A stretch of DNA of 64,000 nucleotides, taken from Armatimonadota bacterium. GTDB lineage: Bacteria; Armatimonadota; SYMT01. Positions within the stretch are counted from its first letter, which is position 1. Each line of letters starts with the position of its first letter. The stretch lies in NCBI GenBank assembly GCA_041690135.1, contig JAWLHY010000003.1:192001-256000 (forward strand). The letters are read 5' to 3'. Below, one piece after another: positions 29,310 through 38,599 of this stretch. Position numbers and translations under genes: made by a program. A model generated the notes under the pieces. The model was not told the origin of the DNA, did no database searches, and worked only from the letters and a program-made list of their open reading frames with translations.

Positions 29310-30052
29310 GACCGCACCTCGGCGGGGTCGGTGGAGGCGAGGATCTCCGCCAGGTGGACCGTGCGCACGCCGGTCCGCTGCCGGCTCAGCGCGCCCCCGA
29401 TGTGCATCAGGCAGGAGTTATCGCCGCCGGTGCAGACTTCCGCGCGGGTAGAGAGGATGCAGTGCGTCTTCTCCGAGAGCATGGCGCCGGAGACGTCCGC
29501 GTTCTTGACCGCGAAAGTGCCGCCGAACCCGCAGCACTGGTCGCTGTTCGGCAGCTCGACCAGGGTGAGGCCGCGGACCTGGCGGAGCAACTGCACCGGC
29601 TTATCTCCCACCCCCAGTGAGCGCAGGGCGTGACAAGAGGTGTGGAGCGTAACCGTGTGGGGATAGAACGCCCCCACGTCGGTGACTCCCAGGCGGTCCA
29701 CCAGCAACTCCGAGAACTCGTACACCCGCGAGACGACCGCTTCCACCTGCCGCGCGAGCTCCGGATCGTCCAGACCGGCGGCCATCTTCGGGTAGTGCTC
29801 CCGGATCATGGAAACGCAGGAAGAGGAAGGGCAGCAGATCACCTCGGCGTCCGCGAACACCTCCACGAAGTGGCGCATCAGGTCCCGCGCTTCCTTCCGG
29901 TAGCCGCTGTTGTAGTGCATCTGCCCGCAGCAGGTCTGGGCCGCACGGAACTCGACCCGGTGCCCCAGCCGCTCGAGGACGGCTACCACGGCCTTCCCCG
30001 TCTCCGGAAACATAACGTCGTTGTAGCAGGTGATAAAGAGCGAAATGAGCAC
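29306..30052 (-). CDS. lutA: Lactate utilization protein A (CCG domains)
   Basis: LFITCYND, QTCCGQ, HTSCH, CCGFGGTF, SCLMHI. Confidence 0.93.
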   Translation of the reverse strand: MLISLFITCYNDVMFPETGKAVVAVLERLGHRVEFRAAQTCCGQMHYNSGYRKEARDLMRHFVEVFADAEVICCPSSSCVSMIREHYPKMAAGLDDPELARQVEAVVSRVYEFSELLVDRLGVTDVGAFYPHTVTLHTSCHALRSLGVGDKPVQLLRQVRGLTLVELPNSDQCCGFGGTFAVKNADVSGAMLSEKTHCILSTRAEVCTGGDNSCLMHIGGALSRQRTGVRTVHLAEILASTDPAEVRS

Positions 30053-30131
30053 GGCGGCCCCAGTCCCGTCCCGTCCAATTGCCGGCACACCCAGCCAGTA
30101 TAGGGTCCCCGGGGGAGCGGGTCAATTGACG

Positions 30132-30191
30132 GATTAGGAAGAAGATGAGGATGAAGATGAAGATGAAGATCAGGATAAGGATAAGGATAAG
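30132..30191 (+). repeat. Degenerate hexamer tandem tract (GATAAG/GATGAA), 10 units
   Basis: gattag gaagaa gatgag gatgaa gatgaa gatgaa gatcag gataag gataag gataag. Confidence 0.85.
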
Positions 30192-30443
30192 GAGGCCGGC
30201 GGCAGGGCCTGTGTCTGTTTGACCGCTGCCGGGAAGAGCTTTCGGCTCAGAGGAACGTGGTCGCTGCCGGCCTCCAAAGGTAGCAGAGGGGCTTGTCCCC
30301 GTTGGTCACGGCACACGCACGAGGTGCACCTCGTCTGCGTTACTGCTCACGGGCCGCCCCCGCTAAGGTTGCGGAAATTGCGAACGAGGTGACCCACCTC
30401 CGAACTGGTCACGGTGCCGCGGGTTGCGCCGCACGAAGGCGTG

Positions 30444-30582
30444 GACACGGATAACACGGATCGAACGGATGGCCACGGAGCCGCACGAGAACACCGTCTG
30501 CCTTTCCGCGGACGAAGAGCCGTAGGGGAACGGTCGCTGCCCCTTCCCCAGAGGTTGGATCCGCAACCGTCGACCCACCGTG
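30444..30582 (+). repeat. Composite dispersed repeat, copy 2
   Basis: Block-wise homology to 23574..23719. Confidence 0.75.
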
Positions 30583-30805
30583 AAGCCGGCTCAGAGTCCC
30601 TCCGGCCAACGCTCCGAGTGCATGCCAGTGGATATCACCTTTCGCACGCTCGGCCCCCTGCCCACCAATCTCGGGGAATCCCGTTGCCTTTGCGGCTGTT
30701 TGGTATCAAGCCGGCATACCGGCTCGCCAGCAGGTCATTCGCCATCCAAGTTCTGGTGGTCCGCGCCCGCTCTGCGTTGCAGTGGGTTGGCTCATGGTGA
30801 ACGGC

Positions 30806-30865
30806 ACGGACTCTGTTCCCGCACCTGGAGATGTAGGGCGGAGGCTCCGTCCCCGCCGCGCCTTG
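30806..30865 (+). repeat. Dispersed GTAG-REP-containing repeat (homologous to 48796..48869)
   Basis: ACGG.CTCTGTTC..GCACCTG.AGA.GTAGGGCGG...GTCCCCGCCG.GCCTTG in both places. Confidence 0.7.
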
Positions 30866-31037
30866 ATCTAGCACTCGTCCTGCCGTGTGAGCCACCATTC
30901 ACCCCGGCTTATACGAACCCGCAAGGCAACTGGCCTACTCGCCGACTTCGTCGGGTGCGGTGGAACCCAACCGTTCGATGAATGCCTCGCCGGGCCAGTT
31001 CCTCGACGGGAAATACCCTTCGAACCGGACCACTGCT

Positions 31038-31982
31038 TCAAGCATCCAGTTCCGCAGTAATTGTGCCATCCCCCAGTATTTCGTTAGCGATGCGGATACC
31101 ATCGCGCCACATGCGGGGGTAGTCGCCGTACTCCACGCCCGCTGCTAGCCCGACCGGATACAAGCCCCCACTTTCGATCGCCCGTTTCGCTTGAGAGACA
31201 TCGCCAAAGAACTCCCACATAGGACTCGGGCCGTCCGCGGGGAAAAGCAGCTCACAGCGAAGTTCTCGCGGTCCACCGCTGTTCTCAAACAGAACTCCGT
31301 CGATCCTGCCCGCTTCATCTTGGTGCAGCCTGAGGTAGCGACACCCGAAGTGAACATTCACGTTGGGAAGAGCCGGAACGACCTGACCGATAAGCTGCCT
31401 GGCGGCTGGCGACGTTTTCTCCAGGCTGGACCGGTAGCAGCTCAAGAGTACATTCACCTGACCGGCTTTCCTTGCGGCGTTGGCAGCTTGCTCCAGGGCA
31501 TATGCGCCCGAGCCCAGGATCACGAGATGGCGGGAGTTGATGTCGCGGGGATCCGCGGTGGCCGAGAAGATCACCCCTCCGCCCCAGCTATACTCCGACA
31601 GTTCCGCACGTGATGGGAGCCCGATGGGAACGGTCGGGTAACCGTGTGGCGCAAACACCGCCCCGGACACGATAAACTCCCTCCCCTGGAAACTGCGAAG
31701 GGTCAAGCTTTTGTCCACATGGATCTCAAGCTGCTCCGCATCGAGAAGCTCCTCGTCGATTCTCACTCTCCCCGTTCGAACCAACGCCGCGAATGATACG
31801 TCCCTGAACGCCGCGCCTGGCATGGGAGAGTCGGTGAGAGGAGTCGGTGCTACGCTATGAGCGTCCCGGAGTGAACCGGTTACGCCGGCCGTGGTCAAGA
31901 GGACGACGGAGAGCCCGGCGGCTGCCAGGGCATGCGCAGCCGCTACGCCGCTCACGCTCTCTCCAATCACCAGATACTCCAT
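31038..31982 (-). CDS. Degenerate thioredoxin-reductase-like FAD/NAD(P)-binding protein
   Basis: YLVIGESVSGVAAA, GGGVIFSATAD, LVILGSGAYALEQA; TrxB-like layout without the CxxC motif. Confidence 0.6.
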   Translation of the reverse strand: MEYLVIGESVSGVAAAHALAAAGLSVVLLTTAGVTGSLRDAHSVAPTPLTDSPMPGAAFRDVSFAALVRTGRVRIDEELLDAEQLEIHVDKSLTLRSFQGREFIVSGAVFAPHGYPTVPIGLPSRAELSEYSWGGGVIFSATADPRDINSRHLVILGSGAYALEQAANAARKAGQVNVLLSCYRSSLEKTSPAARQLIGQVVPALPNVNVHFGCRYLRLHQDEAGRIDGVLFENSGGPRELRCELLFPADGPSPMWEFFGDVSQAKRAIESGGLYPVGLAAGVEYGDYPRMWRDGIRIANEILGDGTITAELDA

Positions 31983-32380
31983 CGCTGTCGCGCCTCCGGT
32001 CCGCTGGGTACGCTCGACGCCATCCTCCACCCTTGACCCGGTTCAAAAGCTCCTTCCGACTGGGCGATGCAGTCGAAGAACTCCGTCTTGACGAGGTAAT
32101 CGACAGCTCTCTCGATCCAACTTATGGTGATTTCCGGGATGACGACCAATCCGGGCTCCGCTATGCACGGGTTCCCGGAGTCTACTTCCACCTGGAGGTC
32201 CTGCTTAAGTCGCCCGGGGTCTCGGAAATCCAGGAGATACCGGCGCCCATCGCTCAGCACCACCTGCACGTCGGCCAGGTAGCCACGATCGTACGCCTGC
32301 GCAATCGCGGCGTCATCGCACCACTCCGGAAGGGCGATCTGAAATCCAGGGGGAGTATCGGGGTGAGTTGTGTCCGCCAT
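31967..32380 (-). CDS. Hypothetical protein, possibly immunity-like
   Basis: Acidic small protein with DPGRLKQDL...CIAEPGLVVIPEIT; function inferred only. Confidence 0.6.
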   Translation of the reverse strand: MADTTHPDTPPGFQIALPEWCDDAAIAQAYDRGYLADVQVVLSDGRRYLLDFRDPGRLKQDLQVEVDSGNPCIAEPGLVVIPEITISWIERAVDYLVKTEFFDCIAQSEGAFEPGQGWRMASSVPSGPEARQRWSIW

Positions 32381-32514
32381 ATCGCTTCTCACATTATCTC
32401 GGAAGAAGCACGCCGCACGTAGAGCAACGCGGGATGGGAGTGGGCTCGGCCACCCGCCGTCATCCTGCTAAAGCGCTTCGTTCCCCAGCATGGAAAACAG
32501 CGAGAAAGCGCAGG

Positions 32515-32532
32515 ATTTAGCCTGGACTAAAT
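32515..32532. promoter_or_regulatory. Palindromic operator resembling a DtxR/MntR-family metal box
   Basis: ATTTAG-CCTGGA-CTAAAT in an AT-rich patch upstream of pilin-like gene #4. Confidence 0.55.
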
Positions 32533-32847
32533 AATTTTTCCCAGTAGCGGTGACATGGCGCCTCGGGTGTGCTACATAAGAGTGCGGAAGCACCGGAGCA
32601 CCCCACTGCCGGACTGGCGTTTCTCCCACTGCCATGGGAATTCCGCCGGGGCGAGGGGCCGCTGCCGGATGGCCCGCAAGATTGATCTTCGTCTCGACAA
32701 CGCCGCGCGCCACTGCCATGGAGCGCGGCGAGGAGCGGGAGGTGGTAGGACTACTCCCTGACCGGTGGTCCCCCTACCCCTTCCGGCTCCTCCACGACCC
32801 ACGGCGGACAGGTCCCAGGTTTCCGCCGTGTTCGGAGGAACTTGAAC

Positions 32848-33594
32848 ATGACCGGACGTGCCCGGCGAGCGTTCACCTTGATTGAACTGCTCGTCGTGAT
32901 CGCGATTATCGCGATCCTCGCTTCCATCCTCTTCCCGGTATTCGCCCGCGCCCGGGAGGCCGCCCGCGCTTCCAGTTGCGTCAGCAACTTGAAGCAGATC
33001 GGTTTGTCGTTCCAGATGTACAGCCAGGACTACGACGAGATGGTCCCCATCATGTCGTACTCGGGTGCACCGGGAATGACCACACCGGACAACTTCGGCT
33101 CGTACCGCTGGTTCTGGTTGCTGCAGCCGTACATCAAGAACCTGGAAGTCCGCCGTTGCCCCTCGGACCGCAACGATCCCAGCGGCTGGAACAACCCGCA
33201 GGGGGCCAACTTCGGCTATTACCTGGGGCTCTTCCTCTCCTACGGCTACAACGCCGAATACTTCTCGCCCGATCCGGATACGGTGTTCGGACCCCTGCCG
33301 CAGACCCCGATCTCCATGGCGGCGGTGGCCGCTCCGGCCGATACGATCGCCTTCGCCGACACCACCTACAGCACGGCCGGCGGCTCGGGGCAGCCGGACT
33401 CGGCGTTCCACAACGGCTACTACCGCATCTACCCGCCGGCCCAGTGGACCGGGGCGCCGCCGTTGACCCGGAGCTCCTTCGGGTATCTCTGGCCGCGGCA
33501 TAACGAGAAGCTCAACGTGTTGTGGGCGGATGGGCACGTGAAGTCGTCCTCGATCGACGCGCTCCGCGACCCGGCGCTGTGGGATCTGCAGTAG
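32848..33594 (+). CDS. Prepilin-type DUF1559/H-X9-DG protein (#4)
   Basis: GGAGG RBS; RRA|[35 protein letters not shown]. Confidence 0.93.
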   Translation: MTGRARRAFTLIELLVVIAIIAILASILFPVFARAREAARASSCVSNLKQIGLSFQMYSQDYDEMVPIMSYSGAPGMTTPDNFGSYRWFWLLQPYIKNLEVRRCPSDRNDPSGWNNPQGANFGYYLGLFLSYGYNAEYFSPDPDTVFGPLPQTPISMAAVAAPADTIAFADTTYSTAGGSGQPDSAFHNGYYRIYPPAQWTGAPPLTRSSFGYLWPRHNEKLNVLWADGHVKSSSIDALRDPALWDLQ

Positions 33595-33596
33595 CC

Positions 33597-33812
33597 ATGG
33601 CCACCCAAACCGAGAACTCTCGACCGGGCCTCCCCCTCTGGCTGCCGATCGTGGGGGTAGTGATCGCCGTGCTCGTGCTCACGCTGGTGGTCCTGCGGAA
33701 TGCGAACCCCACGGGCAAGGTGGGTGTAACCGCCCCCGCGGGAGCGACTCCCAACCGCATGCCAGACGAAGGCGACGTGATCCGGGCCCAGCAGGCGCAG
33801 GGGAAGAAGTAG
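33597..33812 (+). CDS. Small single-TM protein
   Basis: Starts 2 nt after the pilin-like stop; LWLPIVGVVIAVLVLTLVVL. Confidence 0.7.
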   Translation: MATQTENSRPGLPLWLPIVGVVIAVLVLTLVVLRNANPTGKVGVTAPAGATPNRMPDEGDVIRAQQAQGKK

Positions 33813-33814
33813 GA

Positions 33815-34156
33815 ATGGCCATGCACCAGCAAGTCAAGCCCTGGCATATCGCGCTGGGAGTGCTGGTGGCCGTGGCCGTGCTCTTCGGGATCGGGAGCCG
33901 GGCGCTGCGTCCGGCCCCGATCCGCTCCCAGGCCCCCGCGGGAACGAACCCCCTCCACTACGAGGTGGAGTTCGGCCCCCGGCCCGGACAGCTCGAGGAG
34001 ATGAAGCGCGCCGGGCTCGTCCCGGCCGACGCCATTGACGATGGACGCGGCCACTTCGTCTCCCCGTCGCGGCTGACCCCGGCGGAGCGGGAGCTCGCCG
34101 CGCAGCTGGTCGCCCGACGGCAAAGGAACTCACCGCAGAGACGCAGAGGACGCTGA
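33815..34156 (+). CDS. Small single-TM protein
   Basis: Starts 2 nt after the previous stop; WHIALGVLVAVAVLFGIG. Confidence 0.7.
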   Translation: MAMHQQVKPWHIALGVLVAVAVLFGIGSRALRPAPIRSQAPAGTNPLHYEVEFGPRPGQLEEMKRAGLVPADAIDDGRGHFVSPSRLTPAERELAAQLVARRQRNSPQRRRGR

Positions 34157-34566
34157 GAAGATGCGGAGAGAAGTGCGGAGAGATGTGAGGAGAGACAGGT
34201 TGATCTCAGTGACGCTGGTGCGTGGACTCCGCACTGTACTCAATATCAGGTTCTGAACGTGGGCTCCCCCTCTCTGCGTCGGAGAGGGGGTAAGGGGGTG
34301 AGGTTACCGTGGGAACCGTACCCTTCAAAGTTCAAGCACGGATTGTCCCCGTTCGTTACGGTGGATGCGTGTGGTAGATCGTAGGCCGAATTGATTGCGG
34401 TCAATCCGGCACGGGTTGCGAACCGCGAGATAAGTGCACGCATATTCGGGCTTGCGAACGTTTCGGAGAACACCGCCGGCCCAAGCCGGCGGCGGGATGA
34501 CGTCGCAGTTCGACAGCGACGCGAAGAACTTGTATTACTCAGATCAGGAAGCACCTGGAGAGGATC

Positions 34567-35973
34567 ATGATGAACCGGACACTGAAAACCCTCGGCACGC
34601 AGCGTTGGCTGCTGGCCGGACTGCTGGCGGCGGCGCTGCCTTCCGCCGCTTCCGCCCACTTCGTGTGGGTCGAGCCCGCTCCCGACGCGAAGGGCGCCGT
34701 GCGCGTTTGTTTCGGGGAATACCCGGACCTGCGCGAAGGGAAGGAACTGCTGGAGAAGGTCCAGCGCGTGAAGCTGGTGGCGCTGGACGGCAAGACCCGC
34801 CGCGAGCTGAAGGCGGAAGATCGCCCCGATCATTTCCTCTACCCGGGCCAGGGCGGCGCGCCGGTAACGGTGGCTTCCCTCGACTACGGGATCCTGCAGC
34901 GCGGGGAGACGCCTCCCTATCTCCTGCGGTACGAATCGCAGCTTCTGGGCACGCCGGGTAAGGCCCTGAGCGTGGCGGAAGTCGCCCGCCTCAGCGCCCT
35001 GCCGACCGGCCTGCGCGTGGGGGTTTCCGTCCAGCCCGCCGGCCCCAAGTCGCTGCAACTCCTGGTGAAGCTGGACGGCAAGCCGGTCGCCGCCGAAGTG
35101 TCCCACCTGGCGCCCCAGGAGAGTGAGATGCAGAAGCTCACGGCCGGCACGGATGGCAAGGTCGTGATTCCCGCCGCCGCGGGCGGATGGCATCACCTGC
35201 GCATCAAGGCGGAGGATGCCCGCCCCGCCAGCTTTGAGGGCAAGGAAGGCAAGTTCACCCGGACCTACCTCTCCCTGATGTTCCAGACCTCCGGGGCGCC
35301 GGCGGCCACCGTGGCGACCGCCGCCAGCACGACGGCGGCCCCGAAGCCGGATGCGGAAGCCGTGCGCCTGCTGCACGAGGCCCACGTGGCCCGCGCCAAC
35401 TACCCGGCCGACTTCCCCGGCTTCACCGCGGACGCGGTGTTCTCCGCCAACGGCCGCACGACCCGCGGGAAGATCACGGTCGACCGCGAGTTCAACATCA
35501 CCTACGCCCTGGGCGACAAGGACCTGGAGAACACCCTGCGCCCCTCGTTCGGCTCGCTGATGATGCACCGCCGGGCGGGCAGCGAAGGCGGCGCGCCGGA
35601 GTACCCCGCCACCTGGCGCGACGCGGAGACGCATCCCCTCGGCCGCGCGATTAACCTGAACGACAAGTACGGCAGCTTCTACCGGGTGCGCGACCGCCAG
35701 ATCATGCAGGTCAACCGGAACATGGGCAAGCAGCGGTTCACCACCAACGTGCTGGAGAACGAGGAAACGAAGTACGGATTCCTGCCGCGCGCGTGGACAG
35801 TGGCGTACTATGAGAATGACACCAACGCGATGACGCGCGTCTCCACCACCCGGGTGACCTGGACCTGGAAGGGCGAGCTCTTCCTGCCCGCCACGCTGGA
35901 CACCGTGGTGGCCCACGACGAGGGGACCGATGTCACCAAGCTGGTGCTGTCCAACCACCAGTTGCTGAAGTAA
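34567..35973 (+). CDS. Secreted DUF4198-like plus DUF3386-like fusion protein
   Basis: Signal ending ASA|HFVWVEP (DUF4198-like mature His1); C-terminal half A..LL.EA...RANYP.DFPGF.A...SFYRVRDRQIMQVNR (DUF3386-like). Confidence 0.72.
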   Translation: MMNRTLKTLGTQRWLLAGLLAAALPSAASAHFVWVEPAPDAKGAVRVCFGEYPDLREGKELLEKVQRVKLVALDGKTRRELKAEDRPDHFLYPGQGGAPVTVASLDYGILQRGETPPYLLRYESQLLGTPGKALSVAEVARLSALPTGLRVGVSVQPAGPKSLQLLVKLDGKPVAAEVSHLAPQESEMQKLTAGTDGKVVIPAAAGGWHHLRIKAEDARPASFEGKEGKFTRTYLSLMFQTSGAPAATVATAASTTAAPKPDAEAVRLLHEAHVARANYPADFPGFTADAVFSANGRTTRGKITVDREFNITYALGDKDLENTLRPSFGSLMMHRRAGSEGGAPEYPATWRDAETHPLGRAINLNDKYGSFYRVRDRQIMQVNRNMGKQRFTTNVLENEETKYGFLPRAWTVAYYENDTNAMTRVSTTRVTWTWKGELFLPATLDTVVAHDEGTDVTKLVLSNHQLLK

Positions 35974-36036
35974 CGGCCCGCGCCCAAAGGCGCGGCCCCA
36001 GGTCTCCGGGCGACGCGCATGCGTCCGGAGAAAGCG

Positions 36037-36093
36037 GAAGCCGGAGCAGAGTTGGACCACTCCCTGACCCAAGTCCATTCTTGCTCCGGCTTC
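36037..36093 (+). terminator. Long hairpin, candidate terminator
   Basis: 12-bp arms GAAGCCGGAGCA/TGCTCCGGCTTC with further inner pairing. Confidence 0.5.
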
Positions 36094-36251
36094 TGTCTAT
36101 TGAGACTGTCTATTGCTCCATCCGCTTTTGAGAATTGACAAAGAGAGTTCCGAGAGCTAACGGGACCCGGGTCCGGGTGCTCGGCGTCGGCCGAAATGCC
36201 CAGCGCCTGAAGCAGAGTCTTGCAAAGCCGCCACCCACACTGCCCCAGGGG

Positions 36252-36378
36252 AGTCCGCGTAGGCGGACTTCGTTCAGTCAGCCCCGGATTTGAATCCGGG
36301 GAGATGAACGCCCGCGTATCTACCTGTGGGTGTGGTGGAGACTTCGGTCAGCCAAGCCCGGATCTGAATCGGGGAGAT
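36252..36378 (+). repeat. Double-hairpin REP-like element, copy 2, plus a degenerate tandem copy
   Basis: 36252..36301 matches 9302..9351; partial third copy at about 36340..36378. Confidence 0.85.
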
Positions 36379-36424
36379 GGCTTGACCCGAAGACCCTATT
36401 GGCGGCGGACCTTGCCGGAGACAG

Positions 36425-37546
36425 ATGTCTATGACCACGATTGATTTTCTACAACAACTGCAGCGGAACTCACCGCATGAAAGCATCCGGGGCCTGTGCC
36501 TGGCCGGTCTGCTGACCGTACTCCTACCCGCCGGCGCCACCCTGGCCCAGGGAACCCCCGGGACGGGCCAGGCGTCTTCCGCCAAGCAGGAAGCCCCCAT
36601 CGACCTGGAAGCGCTGGCCCGGACCACGGGCCTGAAGGGCACGATGCACGGGGCCAACAGGCAGCTCGGCACCTTCGTCTTCACCTGGGCGCACCCCAAG
36701 GGGTTCTTCCGGAACGAAAACCTCTCGCTCGTCGCGAGCACTCCCGAAATCGAGGCGAAGCTCGCCGCCCTGGAGCGACACCAGGCAGCCGTGGTGTGGG
36801 GCAAGCTGGTGCGGGTCACCGCCGGTCAGTCCCACGTGATGGTGGATCGCCTGGAGCCGGGTGAAAAGTGGAACCCCGGCGTCCAGACCGAGGCCCGGGA
36901 GCGCATCGATCCGCAAAAGCTGGCCCGCCGGCTGGCCGGGCGCGACCGGCTGGAGGCACTGGTCCACGCCATCTCCACGGACGGCAGCGCCCTGGTGGTG
37001 GAGTACCGCGACGAGGTCCTCCCGGTGCAGGTGCCGCCCTCCGAGGAGCTGCGCAAGCAGGTGGCGGGGCTGTATCGCGGCGACCGGATCCGCTTCCGGT
37101 ATCGCATTGCCGAATACCCGAAGCGGCCGCTGCACCTGGTCCTCACGGCGGAGCCCGGCGCCACGGAAAGCCCGCTGGAAGTGCGGGATGCCCTGCACGC
37201 TCAGCACGACCAGGAACGCACGGTGGAGGGCAACCTGGTGCTCTTCCCGAAGAGCCCGGCGCTGCGCCGGACGATCTGGGGGGTGGAATCCAAGGGCCCC
37301 GACGGGCTACACCGCTACTACACGATCTTCAACTTTAACGATCTCAAGGACCAGGATGCGATCGACGCGGTTCTGCAGGCCGCATGGGATTCGCGGAAGC
37401 AGGGGGTAAAGGATGCCCGCAACAAGTACGTGCACAGCCGCGTGCAGGTGCGGGTGACCGGCAAGGTGAGCAATCCGGCCCACAACCAGGCCAACCCCAC
37501 CCTGATCACCACCGCGGAGTCGGTCACGGTAACCGCGCCGCGTTAG
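36425..37546 (+). CDS. Secreted hypothetical protein (beta-rich, possibly tandem OB-like domains)
   Basis: Long ORF with host-like codon use and a signal-like LCLAGLLTVLLPAGATLA; start uncertain. Confidence 0.75.
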   Translation: MSMTTIDFLQQLQRNSPHESIRGLCLAGLLTVLLPAGATLAQGTPGTGQASSAKQEAPIDLEALARTTGLKGTMHGANRQLGTFVFTWAHPKGFFRNENLSLVASTPEIEAKLAALERHQAAVVWGKLVRVTAGQSHVMVDRLEPGEKWNPGVQTEARERIDPQKLARRLAGRDRLEALVHAISTDGSALVVEYRDEVLPVQVPPSEELRKQVAGLYRGDRIRFRYRIAEYPKRPLHLVLTAEPGATESPLEVRDALHAQHDQERTVEGNLVLFPKSPALRRTIWGVESKGPDGLHRYYTIFNFNDLKDQDAIDAVLQAAWDSRKQGVKDARNKYVHSRVQVRVTGKVSNPAHNQANPTLITTAESVTVTAPR

Positions 37547-37660
37547 AATGAGGTCGGCTACGGTTTCTCATCCACTGCGGGACGCCACGCCGTGAACATG
37601 TGCCCGGATCGCGCCGGGCGCCAGTCGAACTCTTCCGGATTCGCGATGAAAGTAGAGATC

Positions 37661-38536
37661 ATGCACTCTTATCCGTTCATCCCCCGGCGCCGTACCGGCG
37701 CCGCACTTCTGCTCTCTCTCGGTCTCATCGCCACCGCCGGTGCGGAACCCGTGGGGAAAGGCGGCGTTACCGTCCGGAAGTGGGCCGATGGGCTCGGGGG
37801 ACCGCAGGGCCTCGTACGGGGCGCCGACGGCAGTATCCTGGTGGTTGAGCACGATGCGGGAAAGGTATCTCGCTACTCGCAGGGCGGGATGAAGCTCGGT
37901 ACGCTGGCGGAAGGTCTGAAGTCGCCCTCCTGGGCGCTGCTGCACGATGGGGCGCTCTTTGTGGCCGAGCGAAAAGGGAACTCGGTGGCGCGCATCACTC
38001 CTGGGGGAGAGGTTGTCCGGTTGGAAGGGGAGGTTGTCGACCCGCTGGGGATCATTTCGGACCCCAAGCAGCCCCGCGCGTTCCTGGTCGTCTCCCACCG
38101 TCAGTCTCAGGTCCGGCGGTTCGTCTGGGACGGGGGCGCTAAGCGCTTCAGCCTCCAGAGTGAGGCAGTGGTGGTTCCCGCCGGAGGTGCCAAGTATGGC
38201 TGGCGCGACCTGGCCGCCGCGCCGGACGGCACTCTGTTTTTCACGGATGAGGTGGCTCACGCGGTCCTCCGGCGAAAGCCAGGCGGAGAGGTGGAGTCCT
38301 GGGCTACCGGGCTCGCCAGCCCGAGCGGCCTGGCGTATTCTCCTGGCGGGGAACTGTACGTCTCCGAGGAAGGGGGTCGCGTCTCGCGATTGGCCGCCGA
38401 CGGAACGCCGACGGTCCTGGCCGAGGGCCTGGGAGCCGCCCGGGAGATCCTTTTCCTGGATGCGCGGAACCTGCTCGTTTCCGATCGGAAGGGTGGGGCC
38501 GTGTGGAAAGTCACCTTGCCGGCGGGCAAGCCCTGA
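37661..38536 (+). CDS. Secreted NHL/SMP-30-like beta-propeller protein
   Basis: Repeats GLGGPQGL, GLKSPSWA, GLASPSGLA; signal peptide. Confidence 0.8.
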   Translation: MHSYPFIPRRRTGAALLLSLGLIATAGAEPVGKGGVTVRKWADGLGGPQGLVRGADGSILVVEHDAGKVSRYSQGGMKLGTLAEGLKSPSWALLHDGALFVAERKGNSVARITPGGEVVRLEGEVVDPLGIISDPKQPRAFLVVSHRQSQVRRFVWDGGAKRFSLQSEAVVVPAGGAKYGWRDLAAAPDGTLFFTDEVAHAVLRRKPGGEVESWATGLASPSGLAYSPGGELYVSEEGGRVSRLAADGTPTVLAEGLGAAREILFLDARNLLVSDRKGGAVWKVTLPAGKP

Positions 38537-38599
38537 TCCGCCGTCCGCCGCCTGGCCGGTAACTCCGGCCGCCCGTGCCTTTTTGAAAGAACGGAAGAG

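Noticed and set aside
32555-32761. uORF with two HCHG motifs, or a riboswitch (three CCACTGCC copies), before pilin-like #4
   Set aside because: No clear RBS, and no match to cobalamin or other riboswitch consensus that I could verify by eye.
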